Positions 1 through 11,769 of a stretch of DNA of 64,000 nt are shown piece by piece; position 1 is the first letter of the stretch; the number at the start of each line of letters is the position of its first letter. Where the stretch lies: the NCBI GenBank assembly GCA_040954595.2, contig CM082586.2:6186509-6250508 (forward strand), read 5' to 3'. Origin of the DNA: Balanoglossus misakiensis (taxonomy: Eukaryota > Animalia > Hemichordata). The translations under genes were made by a program, and so were the position numbers. The notes below the pieces were generated by a model. That model was not told the DNA's origin and did not search any database. It was given only the letters and a program-made list of their open reading frames with translations.

Positions 1-2185
1 CCCTGCTTCAGGGAATTTGTATTTGCACTCAGTGTTTCAGATAATTCAGTTAAGTAGAATGATGACCATTCTCTATGGATTAACTTGATTGATTGGCCTA
101 TAATGGCGAGATGCAAAGAACAGGTTCATGAACACAGAGGGATCAGAAAATTATCGAACAACAAAACATAATCTTAATCTCACGAAAACGTGTACTGGAA
201 AACGTATACAAGCAGGCAGTTTGCACTGCATTTGGATTCAATGAAGAGATTTTCATGAGCAAATTAAAGCTTTGGAAGAAATAATAATTTTCTTCTATGT
301 GATCAACGGCCTTTTCTGCAACCTTGAGTTCATGCTTGCGGCAATTGCTAATTAAACCCGCAAATCAGCGTTTGCAGAAAGAACGGACAAGTGAGTATAT
401 AACCCGTCACGATTCTGTGTGTGCTATACGGGCAAGGCCACAAGAATATTCGACTCGCTTATTGTTCAGTTCTATTGCCTTATTACTTGTAATTCGTACA
501 TGCTATTCATGTACCTCTCTGCTCAAAAGAAAGTCAAGTTACAATGACGCATGTAACACGCATGCGCTTTCCTTGGCAGAAATAAACGGACAAGTCAAGC
601 AGTCAATAAAATCAGCTTGTATCAAAAGCGTTGTCTCTTATTACAGCTTCGAAGAGATATGCGGTAGACATAAAAGAATAAGGAGACTGAAGGGTCAATG
701 TCAAAAGTCTGTTGTAGACTAACCAACATGCATGGAAGGGAACCTCTCACTTTGATTATAGACACTAGCTAAATAGATTATCACATAGGTTAGACATGTT
801 AAAGAGATTGAATGACACAATATACAGTGTGTGTTGTCGTACAACCTTGAACCAATTGTCCCTTTGACATCAATGTAATTTCCGACATACCTGTTGACGG
901 GAAAGGGGAGTCTTCCGAAATAAACCAAATTGCTCATTTGGAATGTCTCAATAGGAAGGTTTTCAGTAATGGCCGGATGCATGTTTCAATGTTGAAGAGA
1001 AACCCAAAGTGAAAGTGTGGGCCATTAATCGCTGACATATTTAGGAGTCCCACAACTCGACTGTGAAATGATAAAAACTGTAGCTTGTCAGGCCTCTTAT
1101 ATACTTAATGATAATTGCCCAGATAACTTGTGTGAGCCGTTGCACTAGGCATAATTGTAAGTGGTGTTATTTTCGGAGAGATATAAAATACATATTCATG
1201 TCAAATATGCCAATTTGGGAAAATACATTTGACCGTGACTTCTATCCAATGACAGCCGAAATTAATTTTGCTTGGAAATACACCAAGGTCCGTACATGCA
1301 TATATATTTAATCTTCTGTTCCAACCAAAGCACGCACTGACAGATGGACACTATCAGACAGACAGACAATGCAGGCAGACAAACAGATAAACTCCCACTT
1401 ATGTAACTGCGCCTGATTACTTAGTTGGTTGCACATGTTCCTTAAAGGTCATGATATATTCACTTTATTTTGACGGCCCGGGTTCATGAAAATACCACTT
1501 TCAACCTGCCGAGTTAAATTGGATGTTTTCTTTCGCTCGAATTACGTGTTTGAGACGGAGTCTGTTCAGCTTGACTAACAAAAGAATGTTGTGACATCTG
1601 TTAAACCATGTCTTATGAAAAAACGTCGTTTCGTTATTTCGTTTCAAAACCTAGTAATGAAATCATGCCATATAAAATACTCGGGTCATACGGCGTACAT
1701 CAAAAGGGATTTTAACAGAATAGCCTGCATTTAGCGTCTCTTAACGTCTGGCAAACTGTTAACACAAACAATGTTAGTAGCGTATAATATGCACACGTCG
1801 CAGATGAAATATAATATAAAATTGATTGTAAGGCAATGTGACTGTTCTGTGATGCAAGCTTATTTGTCGCTGGATACACCCACATTTACTTTGCATGAAT
1901 GTGCGGACATATGTGTATTCCTTGTGAAATATAGAGATTTATATCAGTTGAGAGTGACCGCATGTTCCAATCGTTAATTGGCTGACATGTTAGCAGTGTG
2001 CACTTCGTGATTGGTCAGTTTTACACCAGGTGTTTAAGTCGAATAACGTCTGAACGATTTTCAGCCACTCATGCGTTATCTTATGCATACAGACGTTGCA
2101 CAACCCTCAGCCGAGCGTCTGGTGCTTTGTTCATGTCAGTGCAAATAAAGCCACCCGAGACACCAAGAATAAACTAGGACTGCCC

Positions 2186-2191
2186 TTTATT
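2186..2191 (-). promoter_or_regulatory. Candidate polyadenylation signal of the GPCR
   Basis: AATAAA on minus about 1.1 kb past the stop, followed by GT-rich sequence. Confidence 0.3.
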
Positions 2192-3258
2192 CAAAGTATA
2201 ATCATAGAAACACCTTGGACACATGCTTATAAAATGTGTTGCTTCATATTAATGTCATGCTTCCTTTGATGATGTAAACTATGCCGGCTGGAAAAAGTAC
2301 ACATACTTATCACAATAGGTTGGAACAAAGTGTTTTTCTTTCGTGAGTTGTAAATGTCAAATGTTATTCACGTAATTTTAAAGCTAAATATGATCCCAAT
2401 ACAAAACTCATATAACTACAAATTCTATCATTCAATTAGCAAATACATCTACACAAGTATACAACAGCAATTCCGTCACATAGTATTGTACATTACATTG
2501 TATAACATTATATTACATAACATCATTACAATACATTATATTACAACATTTCAGTAATCCCATGAAAGTGAATAAATTACATACAATACATCATATTACA
2601 AGAACTCAGTATAACTCACAAAAATGAATGAATTACATCATGTGTGTATAGACTTATTAACCTTGTGAGAAATCTTCTTCTCTATATATGGATATGGATA
2701 TAGAAAGCTTGTGTAGAGAACTCAATGCACTTTAAATGTAGAAGAGCAAAATAATTTGTTCACTGCGACTTAAGTTGCTTTTTGCGTTAAAGAACAACAA
2801 GTACATACATGTAGTATTATCAGAGTCTTTAAATGTTACAGAAAAATATCCAATTAAATTCCAGTAAATGTGTTAATATTCATATTGTGACAAAATATAT
2901 AGAAAGTTGGAGGCATGCATCTGAATCGAGGAAAACAGCTGCGAATGGAACATGCCGAATCTATCATGCAAATTAATTGTCCATACAGTTCATCAATTAA
3001 TGGAATCCACCTTCAATTCTGGCTACGTTAAATAGTTTTTTTTCTTCGGGGTAGGCGATCAGATTTCTGTAATTATGGTTAGCAGATTCAACTTATTCAA
3101 CTTTTTTCACATGTTATTTTATCTGTTACAAAGTTTGAGAATGACCCAGTGTCACTTTAGCTTATGAGCTTCCATGTCTTAACCATGGCAATAGTTGGTC
3201 GTCTTGAAATTGAGTCGATATATCAGATGTTCATCATCCACATAGAAGAATGGCTGGA

Positions 3259-3330
3259 CTTAACCGAATCCACCTTTAATTGGCTGTTGAACTTAATTGA
3301 ATCCACCCTCAAGTGGCTGTTGAACTCACC
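3259..3330. repeat. 33-bp tandem repeat (2+ units) spanning the GPCR stop codon
   Basis: cttaaccgaatccacctttaattggctgttgaa / cttaattgaatccaccctcaagtggctgttgaa. Confidence 0.8.
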
Positions 3331-4433
3331 GTGGAAATCTGAGTCCCCTGTGTTGCAGTGGTACCCGTGGTTTGAGTGTTATTTGTGCGGGTCATCGCCG
3401 TTGTATCTGGAGCAACCTTTGATTTTTTCGCAAAACAGGGGAAAAGCTTCACGAACTCTTTTCGAAAATTCTCGTTGAAGTAGGCATAGAGAACAGGATT
3501 GATGCAGCTGTTGCAGAGGGATATCAGTACGGTGACGTTGACCGGTGTGTTTGAGAACAGCAAGGCGTGGTATGGAGGACTGGTTTCGTGTGTGTAGTAT
3601 ATTTGAAGGGAGTACAACGGCCCCCACGTGAGGGCGAACTGAACGACAACAAAGCTCAGCATCTTGACCGCTTTCTTTTTATTTCTATTAGAAGAGTTAC
3701 TTGGCGATTTTCCGAACCACAGGGTCTTGATCATGATGCCGTACAGAATGCCCAATATGACTAAGGGTATGGCGTACAGAACACAGAAATATTCAACTCG
3801 CATCCATTTGTCAATGTCCCGTCTAGTGACTGTGCATTTTTGATTGATTATAATTGTCGTGTTGCCAACTACTGCCGTGGTAGTTTGTATGCCGTGGTTT
3901 GCATACACCTGAATGGAGAACAGCGCGCACGTCAGCCAGATGACACCACATGAGATGAGGGCTTGTTGAACGGTCAATTTGGGCTTCAGTGGATGGACAA
4001 TAGCTCTGTATCGGTCAGCCCCGATGCATATCAACGAGAATGTCGTACCGCACATGGCGCAACTGTGTATGAAACTAGTGAAAAAGCACAGGCCAGGATC
4101 GGTCATCGTTCTGCCGTACGCAAAGTCCGCGATATGGATGGGCACGAAGGCGACGCCGATGATGAGATCGGAGATGGACAGCGATACGATGAACACATTC
4201 GTTGCAGAATTCCTCAGCTTAGGTTGGCGAATGACGGCCACGATTACCCACACGTTTCCGACAATAATTAGAAGCATGAAGATGGTGCCAATTATCGCCA
4301 TCGCCAAGGGTGGTGTTGAGACTCTGGCTATCTCAGCGATAAACGCCATCCTCCATCTTAAGTACGCCATATATGACGGGTCACCAGCTGATTCGGTCGA
4401 CGTGGTATTTAGCATCGATGTTGCGTTCTCCAT
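3309..4433 (-). CDS. Class A (rhodopsin-like) GPCR, neuropeptide-receptor type (QRFP/NPFF/orexin-receptor-like), 374 aa, single coding exon
   Basis: Seven hydrophobic segments with GN in TM1, SLSISD in TM2, ADRYRAIVHP, YAIPL in TM5, KKKAVKML..FALTWGP in TM6 and NSCINPVLYAYFNENFRKEF; N-terminal NAT/NTT sequons; Ser/Thr-rich tail. Subfamily is judged by motif resemblance only. Confidence 0.93.
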   Translation of the reverse strand: MENATSMLNTTSTESAGDPSYMAYLRWRMAFIAEIARVSTPPLAMAIIGTIFMLLIIVGNVWVIVAVIRQPKLRNSATNVFIVSLSISDLIIGVAFVPIHIADFAYGRTMTDPGLCFFTSFIHSCAMCGTTFSLICIGADRYRAIVHPLKPKLTVQQALISCGVIWLTCALFSIQVYANHGIQTTTAVVGNTTIIINQKCTVTRRDIDKWMRVEYFCVLYAIPLVILGILYGIMIKTLWFGKSPSNSSNRNKKKAVKMLSFVVVQFALTWGPLYSLQIYYTHETSPPYHALLFSNTPVNVTVLISLCNSCINPVLYAYFNENFRKEFVKLFPCFAKKSKVAPDTTAMTRTNNTQTTGTTATQGTQISTVSSTAT

Positions 4434-4443
4434 TGTTGTTCAA

Positions 4444-4945
4444 CTGAAGCCGAAAGAAACAAACTAAAGAAAATTAACATTGATAAAAAGTTCTTACATG
4501 TTTAACGGAGAACGAATAAGGTATTCAAATGCCACACATGAATCCAGCATCAGGATCCATTCATTGAATGTTTATACATGCAACAGGAGTGATACATTCA
4601 GCATATAACATGCAGCAGTAGGATAAAACTGGAGATTGTCGCTTTATCTTAAATCATCATGTCTGCCATGGTACTTTAATATATTAAATATGTGCAATAA
4701 GTAAATCTACCAAACACGGCTGTTCCCCAACATGAGACAAACTCGCATACAGAAGGATACCTTCAATAAAGCTGACACATGTCGACAGACAACTGGTCGG
4801 TTAGGAATGTGCAATGCAGTGTCGTGAAACACGAATAATTTGCAGCACACAACAAGTGCAAGTAAATCCTATTTAAGTGTCCCGTGAGTTAAAGTTACAA
4901 GTGGAAGGTAAAAAGCTACCTGTCTGTAAGTAACTAATTACCTAC
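4444..4945 (-). other. Putative 5'UTR intron of the GPCR
   Basis: On minus, pyrimidine tract + ttcag acceptor 10 nt before the ATG; candidate donor CAG|GTAGGT at 4945; TATATAA near 5299-5305 upstream. Confidence 0.4.
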
Positions 4946-5493
4946 CTGTTTCAGTATCTGTGCATTTGCAAACTTTCAGTTATAGGGTGTTGGTTGTCAG
5001 AGGTCTGTATCTTGATATCAGCTATCAGTGCAGGCGAGGCATCATTGTACGGTATGCTAATAACTCGTGATGTTAGTTCCACTGCATACGTTACACGGGG
5101 GCACACAACCGAATTCTGCAACACAATCGAAATGTTACTCAGAAAAGAAACGTAACTTCAACTGAATGCATTTAACAGACAGGCAATGATATTCTCGGAA
5201 ACCACATCACTTGCGAATGATGAGACTTCAGCACGCCTGCTCCCCACGCGTTTGATGGTCGCCACGATGTGTGGAATTGCTTCTTGCTCCCTGTTCCGTT
5301 ATATACGTGTCGTTGTCAAGACAACGTCACAAACACTTTAATGTTTCGTTGTAAAGGGCATTGTGGTGAAACACAACGATAGCAATTTCGTTACAACTGC
5401 GCATTGAATACTTACAACTTAAACCAAGCCAAAGATCATTCCATTCGGGGTTTTTTTCATTTACTAGAGTAACAGTGATCACCCCTCGTGCAG

Positions 5494-5590
5494 TTCACCC
5501 TTCCCCCACTATGGTCCAGTCCAAACCCATTGTTATCTATAGTAAGGTGTACCTATAAAGATGGAACCGGGGGGGGGGGGTGTAGAGGGC
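5494..5590 (+). mobile_element. Copy of the ~85-95 bp TTAA-type mini-MITE (degenerate ends)
   Basis: Shares the core atggtccagtccaaacccattgttatcta and G-rich right end with copies at 11677, 40968 and 47907. Confidence 0.6.
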
Positions 5591-7319
5591 CGATCACCGA
5601 TCTGAATTCCATTGATTGCTTGAATATCGTAAGGAGTGCTTAAACTAATACAGCAACAAAAGATCAAATGGAAAGCAGAAACTTGTTCTTGTGAAACACA
5701 TGCATGGTGAATACCCATTATAAACTTTATATATTTTCCTTTGGTGTGTTTTGACTTCAAACGTGCAGCATCTTGTTTCAAATGAAAATGCAATTTCACG
5801 TTAAATGGATAAATGTCAAAGCCTGTGTACGTATTAGTTAGCCTGATTACTGGATACATGCCCCGAGTCTGCTTCTTGGCGCCGCCACAGGCACACAGGA
5901 ATATACCGGGAAGCACACCATTATATGAAGCCACTCAAACATGCAACACTGACTTTTTCTCTCCTGGCGGTTGCTGAATGCTGGTAAGAACAGAAGTTAT
6001 AGCCAGTGTGTAATGGTGGGGGATTTGGAAACGTCAGTGCTGACATTTAGTATGAGGAAACATATTGCTAATCATAACAAGAAATCGTGAGGCCATCATT
6101 GACATTCTATCAACCTATGTGGCATTAAAACAGATATACCCATGTGTCGTTTTATTATCTGTTTCATATATGCACTAATGCTATATGTAAACTTTGTGTG
6201 TTACTGCTGTTCTCAGAGGGGAAATTAAATACGTGCGTAATATAGGTTGCACGCGAGGGCTAATGTTTTAACGTCGCGTTATAAATGCAATGGAGTGGAG
6301 ATAAACTTTTATCTTCAAAAGCAAAGTATAAAACGCATTTCTGTATTATAAAGTACTATAGCTTTTATTCTGTTTCCCTTATGTCGTTATGATGATTCCA
6401 TTTCACCTAATTGGGCGGCACAAATGTCGCAGATCACAAGGAACTGTTTTACCAGAGAGTGGATAAATTGCCCTTTACTACTTAATGGCACATTACTTAC
6501 GTCTCTCATCGATGAATCTGATTTGAATGTTTACTGCACACAACATACACTATGTATGTACTGCACCCATTTTGCAGTGATCAAAGGTGTACAGTCACAT
6601 TTAGCCGCAGTTTCCACAGAAAGTTGAGATCTAGCAAACTATGGGTGATTGTACACCTTTAATTGTAGAAAGAGAAAAAAGGCTGTTGGGATAGGTTCTT
6701 TGCTTAATGTTTGAACAATGTCCTGCAAGTTACAACACAGCAATGGGAGATGATGTTTTTGCACCGACTGTGAAACAAGATACACGCGACTTTATGACCA
6801 ACTTGTCCTAGGGTAATAATAATCGTTCGCCGTTGACATAACAATAGCAACAATTACTTGATGTATTATTACGTACAACGCATTTTATCGATCTACCACT
6901 TTATTCTAAGAACTGTAGTAGTATATTAGCTAGAACTCAAACGGCAATTGATTGGGATACTGTAATTCACTAAACCTGATAGTGCATCTTTGCAAATTTT
7001 ACTTCAAAGAGTTTAATAAAGTTTCGCTTTTGCACGTTCTTGCTTTAAATTAATTGTAGGCATAAAACTGCGTCGATATTGACATTAAATACCTTTGTTG
7101 GACTTATTTGCATCACCTGTATTTCCACATGGAAACAAGGTATATTCGAACTAATACATTTCTGGGCTAATTTTTTCCATCTATTATCTATCAAATGTGA
7201 ACTTCCACTTATTTTAATGTAATATCCTGATATTTGATATTCGTATGTAATGAATACAGTAATAAGCAACTTAACTTGTTTTACATTTTGTGAAAATTTC
7301 AAGTTAATGACTACTGTTT

Positions 7320-8610
7320 ATTGTAACTGTTTTCTCAAACTTCTATATGTAAGGCTATGGAATGGGACAATCATGCTCTGAGCTTCTGGGTAGTCATCTA
7401 CCTTAAGCATATCTTTTCCGACGCCATGACGACAAGATGGCTTGGATTCCATTACGTTGATGTTCCAACAACGAAACCATCTGTAGTGCGGTATTTTACG
7501 CATGATGGCACAGGCTAAGTAAGAGCAATCTTTGTAAGTAACTCAGTAAAATGGAAGTCACTAGAAGTTTCAGTATCACCAGTCGTAAAACGGTATATCA
7601 ACTTCCACCATTTTCCAGATGGCTGCACACCGCAGATCGCAAAAATTACGAACATGCCGCGCCCTTTGCACTAGCACGTAATACACAGGTAACTGCCAGC
7701 CATGTCTATTTAACTAAGTTGTCATGCAAATCGAGATCAAGCGAGGTTAATTCAACAGAGAAGATGTGAGCGGTCTGTCGAACAACCAGCTGTTGCAAAA
7801 GCTGTGGACGGCAGATATCTGCCGCATTTGTCTGGAAACTTATGAATGCTAACAACACTCTCACTCCCTTTCCGTTCCTGTGAAGACTTGAACATGGCAA
7901 ATGCTTTCAACTTTCAAGCCTGAATGCTAAGCTTCACTCTCAGACTACCTTAATGCAGAATGAAGTTTAACAGGAAGAAAGCAGGCATGGGCCAGTAAAC
8001 CTCTGTAAAATCATGTTAATAGCTCTAAAGAAAACGACGCTGTCCATGCAAGATTACTGTCTCATCACGGCCTTTGCATCTCTTTGGCAGCATGTCTTCA
8101 GGCAAAGACAGTTTCATTAAGTTAAAAGGAACATTCTCCCCAAAACCGATTTTACACGGTGCAGATTCTATGCACCAAGATCTCAGAATTTAATTTGAAA
8201 GCAATTTGTGGAAATTTTAATCTCGCCTTTCTTCGTAGAACGTTTCGCCTGAGGGACGATTGCCAGACCCATGTACCACTTAATACTAACAGAGCGCCCA
8301 AGAAGGCCACAACTTCATCCGAATTTACTTTATTCATTCAAGCCAATTGTGAATGGTTTCCAGTTATTTCACTTCCACACTGCTGAAATTTGTGCTCCAC
8401 TTGATCTTTTTGTGGATGAGAGAGTCGTGGGATTCGTAATCGCCAGCCAACAACATTTCAATTCCATTCCGCACCATTTCGATTAGGATTTCAATCAGAT
8501 CACTTATTGTGCTTAAAAGGAAAGGTCGAGTAATGCGGGACGCCACTCAAATAAACAATTGGTGCAACAGCTACCATGAATGCATTACAAAGTGTATATT
8601 TGCTTCCAGA
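7320..8610. pseudogene. Possible decayed piggyBac/PGBD-like transposase fragments
   Basis: Fragments DEVVAFLGALLVLSG (minus), DLFVDERVVGF (plus), TTRWLGFHYVDV (plus) and RRC...CCKSCGRQI (plus) resemble piggyBac motifs; many stops and frameshifts. Confidence 0.4.
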
Positions 8611-11600
8611 AGTTAAAAGTTGTAGCCATTTTTGAGGTTAAGTTTTATCACACGCAATAAATTCTTAGAAGAAATTCATTTGTGATCAAAGTGTTGACAG
8701 TTATAGGGTGAGATATTGCGAATGAGATAAACAGATGATGAACACCTTAATACTGAAACATGATAATAGGAGTGTTACCGAAACAATCTTACAGCTGAGT
8801 CATCATCATGTGTCAGATTTCTACTGAAGGTGGTAACATTGCATTTATTACAGGAATAGTTAGTATAGAACCCAGATTCACTCTGTTTGTCAGCTGATCT
8901 CCTCTTCATTTTCATATATGTTTGTGAATAGGGAATAATGCGTGGGATGTGCAGTAACTTTAAATGTAGTCTCTTGTAATCTCTCTCTCTCATACACACA
9001 CACACTCTTGCTTTGAATATTTTTGTCTATATACACACAGACAACCTCTACAGCGGATACTCCAAAGACAGATACTCCAAAGACAGTGAAGTCTTGATGG
9101 TAACCCGGAGTGTGCGAGACAACGTAACACTTTAAAAGATCAGCATGATCTCGGCTGACTCAATGGACACCTGCAGGCAAAACCCTTTCAATATTTGCAT
9201 CCATTAATATGCCCTTTTACTTCATGAGTAACATCCTGGAGTACTAATAAACCATTCTTACACGGCCTCCTAAACCAGCATGACCGCAGAATGTAAAAAG
9301 TCACGCTTGCAGAGAAACAACTTTTCGTGCTGGGCTTTGTAACATTCATATGTGCTCTTCACGTTGAACTCATCACAGATTGTCGCTATGATATATCTTT
9401 CTTGCGAAAACAACATTTTCGTTGAAATTTTCAAGATCACAATTTTTCTCACGGCAATATTGATTGAATTTTCATTGTATTTATCACTGCCTGGACTTAG
9501 GTGAAAATGAACTTGGTTTTAGTATACTGTGTGTGCAATATGCACATAAACGAAAATAACTAATATTTAGACTACAGGTGAATGACTCCTCTTCATCCTG
9601 TTTACTTCATCACCAGTTTCCTGTGGCTTTTATTTTAAAACTTTTCTGGGGCGTTGTCATGGCTTTGTATCGAGCTTCCTGTATCCCCTTAAGGCCGGAA
9701 AAATCCCCACTGTAAAATTCAAGAATTTCCGCAATTTTGTGATGATGTATGCACTTGACTTATTTTTGTAAGCCGAAACTGCCGTTTGTCAATACAAGAT
9801 ACATCGTTGGTGGGCGACGTATGCATTAATGTCAGTTACAGTCAAGATAAGCTGACATTACCCTTTATACATTATATGTTAAAGCTGGTAAGCTGACTGC
9901 ATTATCTGCTGAAGCTTAATGTAAGTGTAATACATGCTTTTGGATAAATCTTGAAAGAAGTTACTTGTCCAATCATGCAATATTTTTTTTTCCAACACGC
10001 ATAAAAGGTCCATTAAAGTAACACAATACAGGATACTAAAACAGTCAGTCAATCAATCAAGACAGAGGAATTGGTGTAAATTCTAAAATTTATAGTATGA
10101 ATCCACAAGCATAAAATCTATATTGGTATAGAACAAAGTCATTTGATGAATAGGTATATAGCTCACGACACCTGCCACAAAAGTCTGTCTACAGTAACCT
10201 TGACAATCCGAATTAGAATTCTCTTTCATATTATCCTAAATGTTTGCATTGGAAGGATTGTATTGATCTTACATTGGAAATGGTACACTTTATGAAGGAA
10301 ATCTTTCGGACCCAAAGTCATTTAAAGTATTTTATTACGATACAACCAAACTACGCCCATCTTTTAATTTGAAAGACTAGTGTTACATTGCAGTAATGCA
10401 TTATCACACAAAACATGAATATATATTTCATGGTCAAGTAATCGATCATCCGAAATTCAATCTGGTGTTTAATAACAGCACCGGAAGATTGATTCGATTC
10501 CAACGCAAATCTCAGTAAACTTCCAGGGAAATATTACACCCTGACGATTCCCATGGTGAGAAAAAGCTGGAATCCAAGACGATTTCAGAAAATGCACACA
10601 CATTATTTCACTATATTCTTTGTCACGTACTTCTTTAAAAAGGGTGCCCAGTTAAGCTGATGACACGTAAGTATAGCATACAGACTACGTGTCTTGTGCA
10701 CGAAGTCGCTCTTGCTGTTTGCCCACCTCTCTTGGCCTTTGTGTGACGATGTATAAAATAAACGTGCTCTACCAAAGATGCACAAATGGAACAGATTCAC
10801 ATTGACAAGGGCTTAATTGCTTGGTTAGTATTCTATGACACGATTCAAAACCAAACTTTCCTATTCATGTTGCATATGATACCATTGCTTTAAATGCATG
10901 CACATCTAGATAACTTTTTTTCTTTCGATTAGAATTGTAAGTGGTGAAATTGGCAGATAAAGAGAATACGACCATTAATACAAGTTTGGAGATTTTACAA
11001 GGGATAGAGAGAAAATGATAGACTGACACAGTCTTATCAGGTTCGATCAAACTTGGCGTGTGCTCTCATCTCAGTGAGGGGGATATCATCTATCGCTACT
11101 GCAGCGTTGGTTGATTGACTGCCCTAACAGGGCAGGGATCTCTGAAGGTTGGACACTATATCTACAGGCAGTTTAAACTCACGCTCAAAGGTGAAACATC
11201 AATTTGATTCTTATTCCATGTGCTTCTTATCTTTAGCTTCTGGGCAGGGAATGTGGCATAGCACTGTGCTAACCATGAACTCTCCCCTAAATGGTGAAAC
11301 GTGAAGTGCACGGCCAACTACAAGGTGACTGAAAACCATGGCAACATATTAAGGAGATGAATTTGTGTTCTCTTGAATACAACAATCGCATCATAGGATT
11401 ATCTCTCGCACTTGACTTCCCTTGTAGACCACAATAGGCGAGGAGAATAATGTCAGAGCGTATTTTATGACTTCATTCAGTTGTTTCTTTCTTTAGTATT
11501 TATGAAAGGGCCATAATATTTCTGCTTCGGTTTCACAAGCACGCACTCGGTGAGTCGATAAAGGTAACGTTACGTCGGTCAATCTGCTCCAGTTGTTTTC

Positions 11601-11676
11601 CTCAGTGTTACTCATATCGAAATATTGGAGCGGAATGTAGCACCATATTCATAACCTGGAAACGATGAGTTTCATT

Positions 11677-11769
11677 TTAACCCTTTCCTCTCCATGGTTC
11701 ATTCCAAACCCATTATTATCTACTGTAATTTTTGACCTCTAAAGATAGAACTGGGGGTGAAAGATTTAA
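11677..11769 (+). mobile_element. Mini-MITE with TTAA on both sides, piggyBac-like ends
   Basis: TTAA-ccctttcctc...gggggtgaaagat-TTAA; related copies elsewhere in the window. Confidence 0.7.

Noticed and set aside
324-982. 132-aa and 87-aa ORFs at the window start
   Set aside because: No recognisable domain or splice structure; at best a faint transposase-like resemblance I cannot support.
3164-4467. Plus-strand ORFs overlapping the GPCR
   Set aside because: Antisense shadows with no independent motifs.
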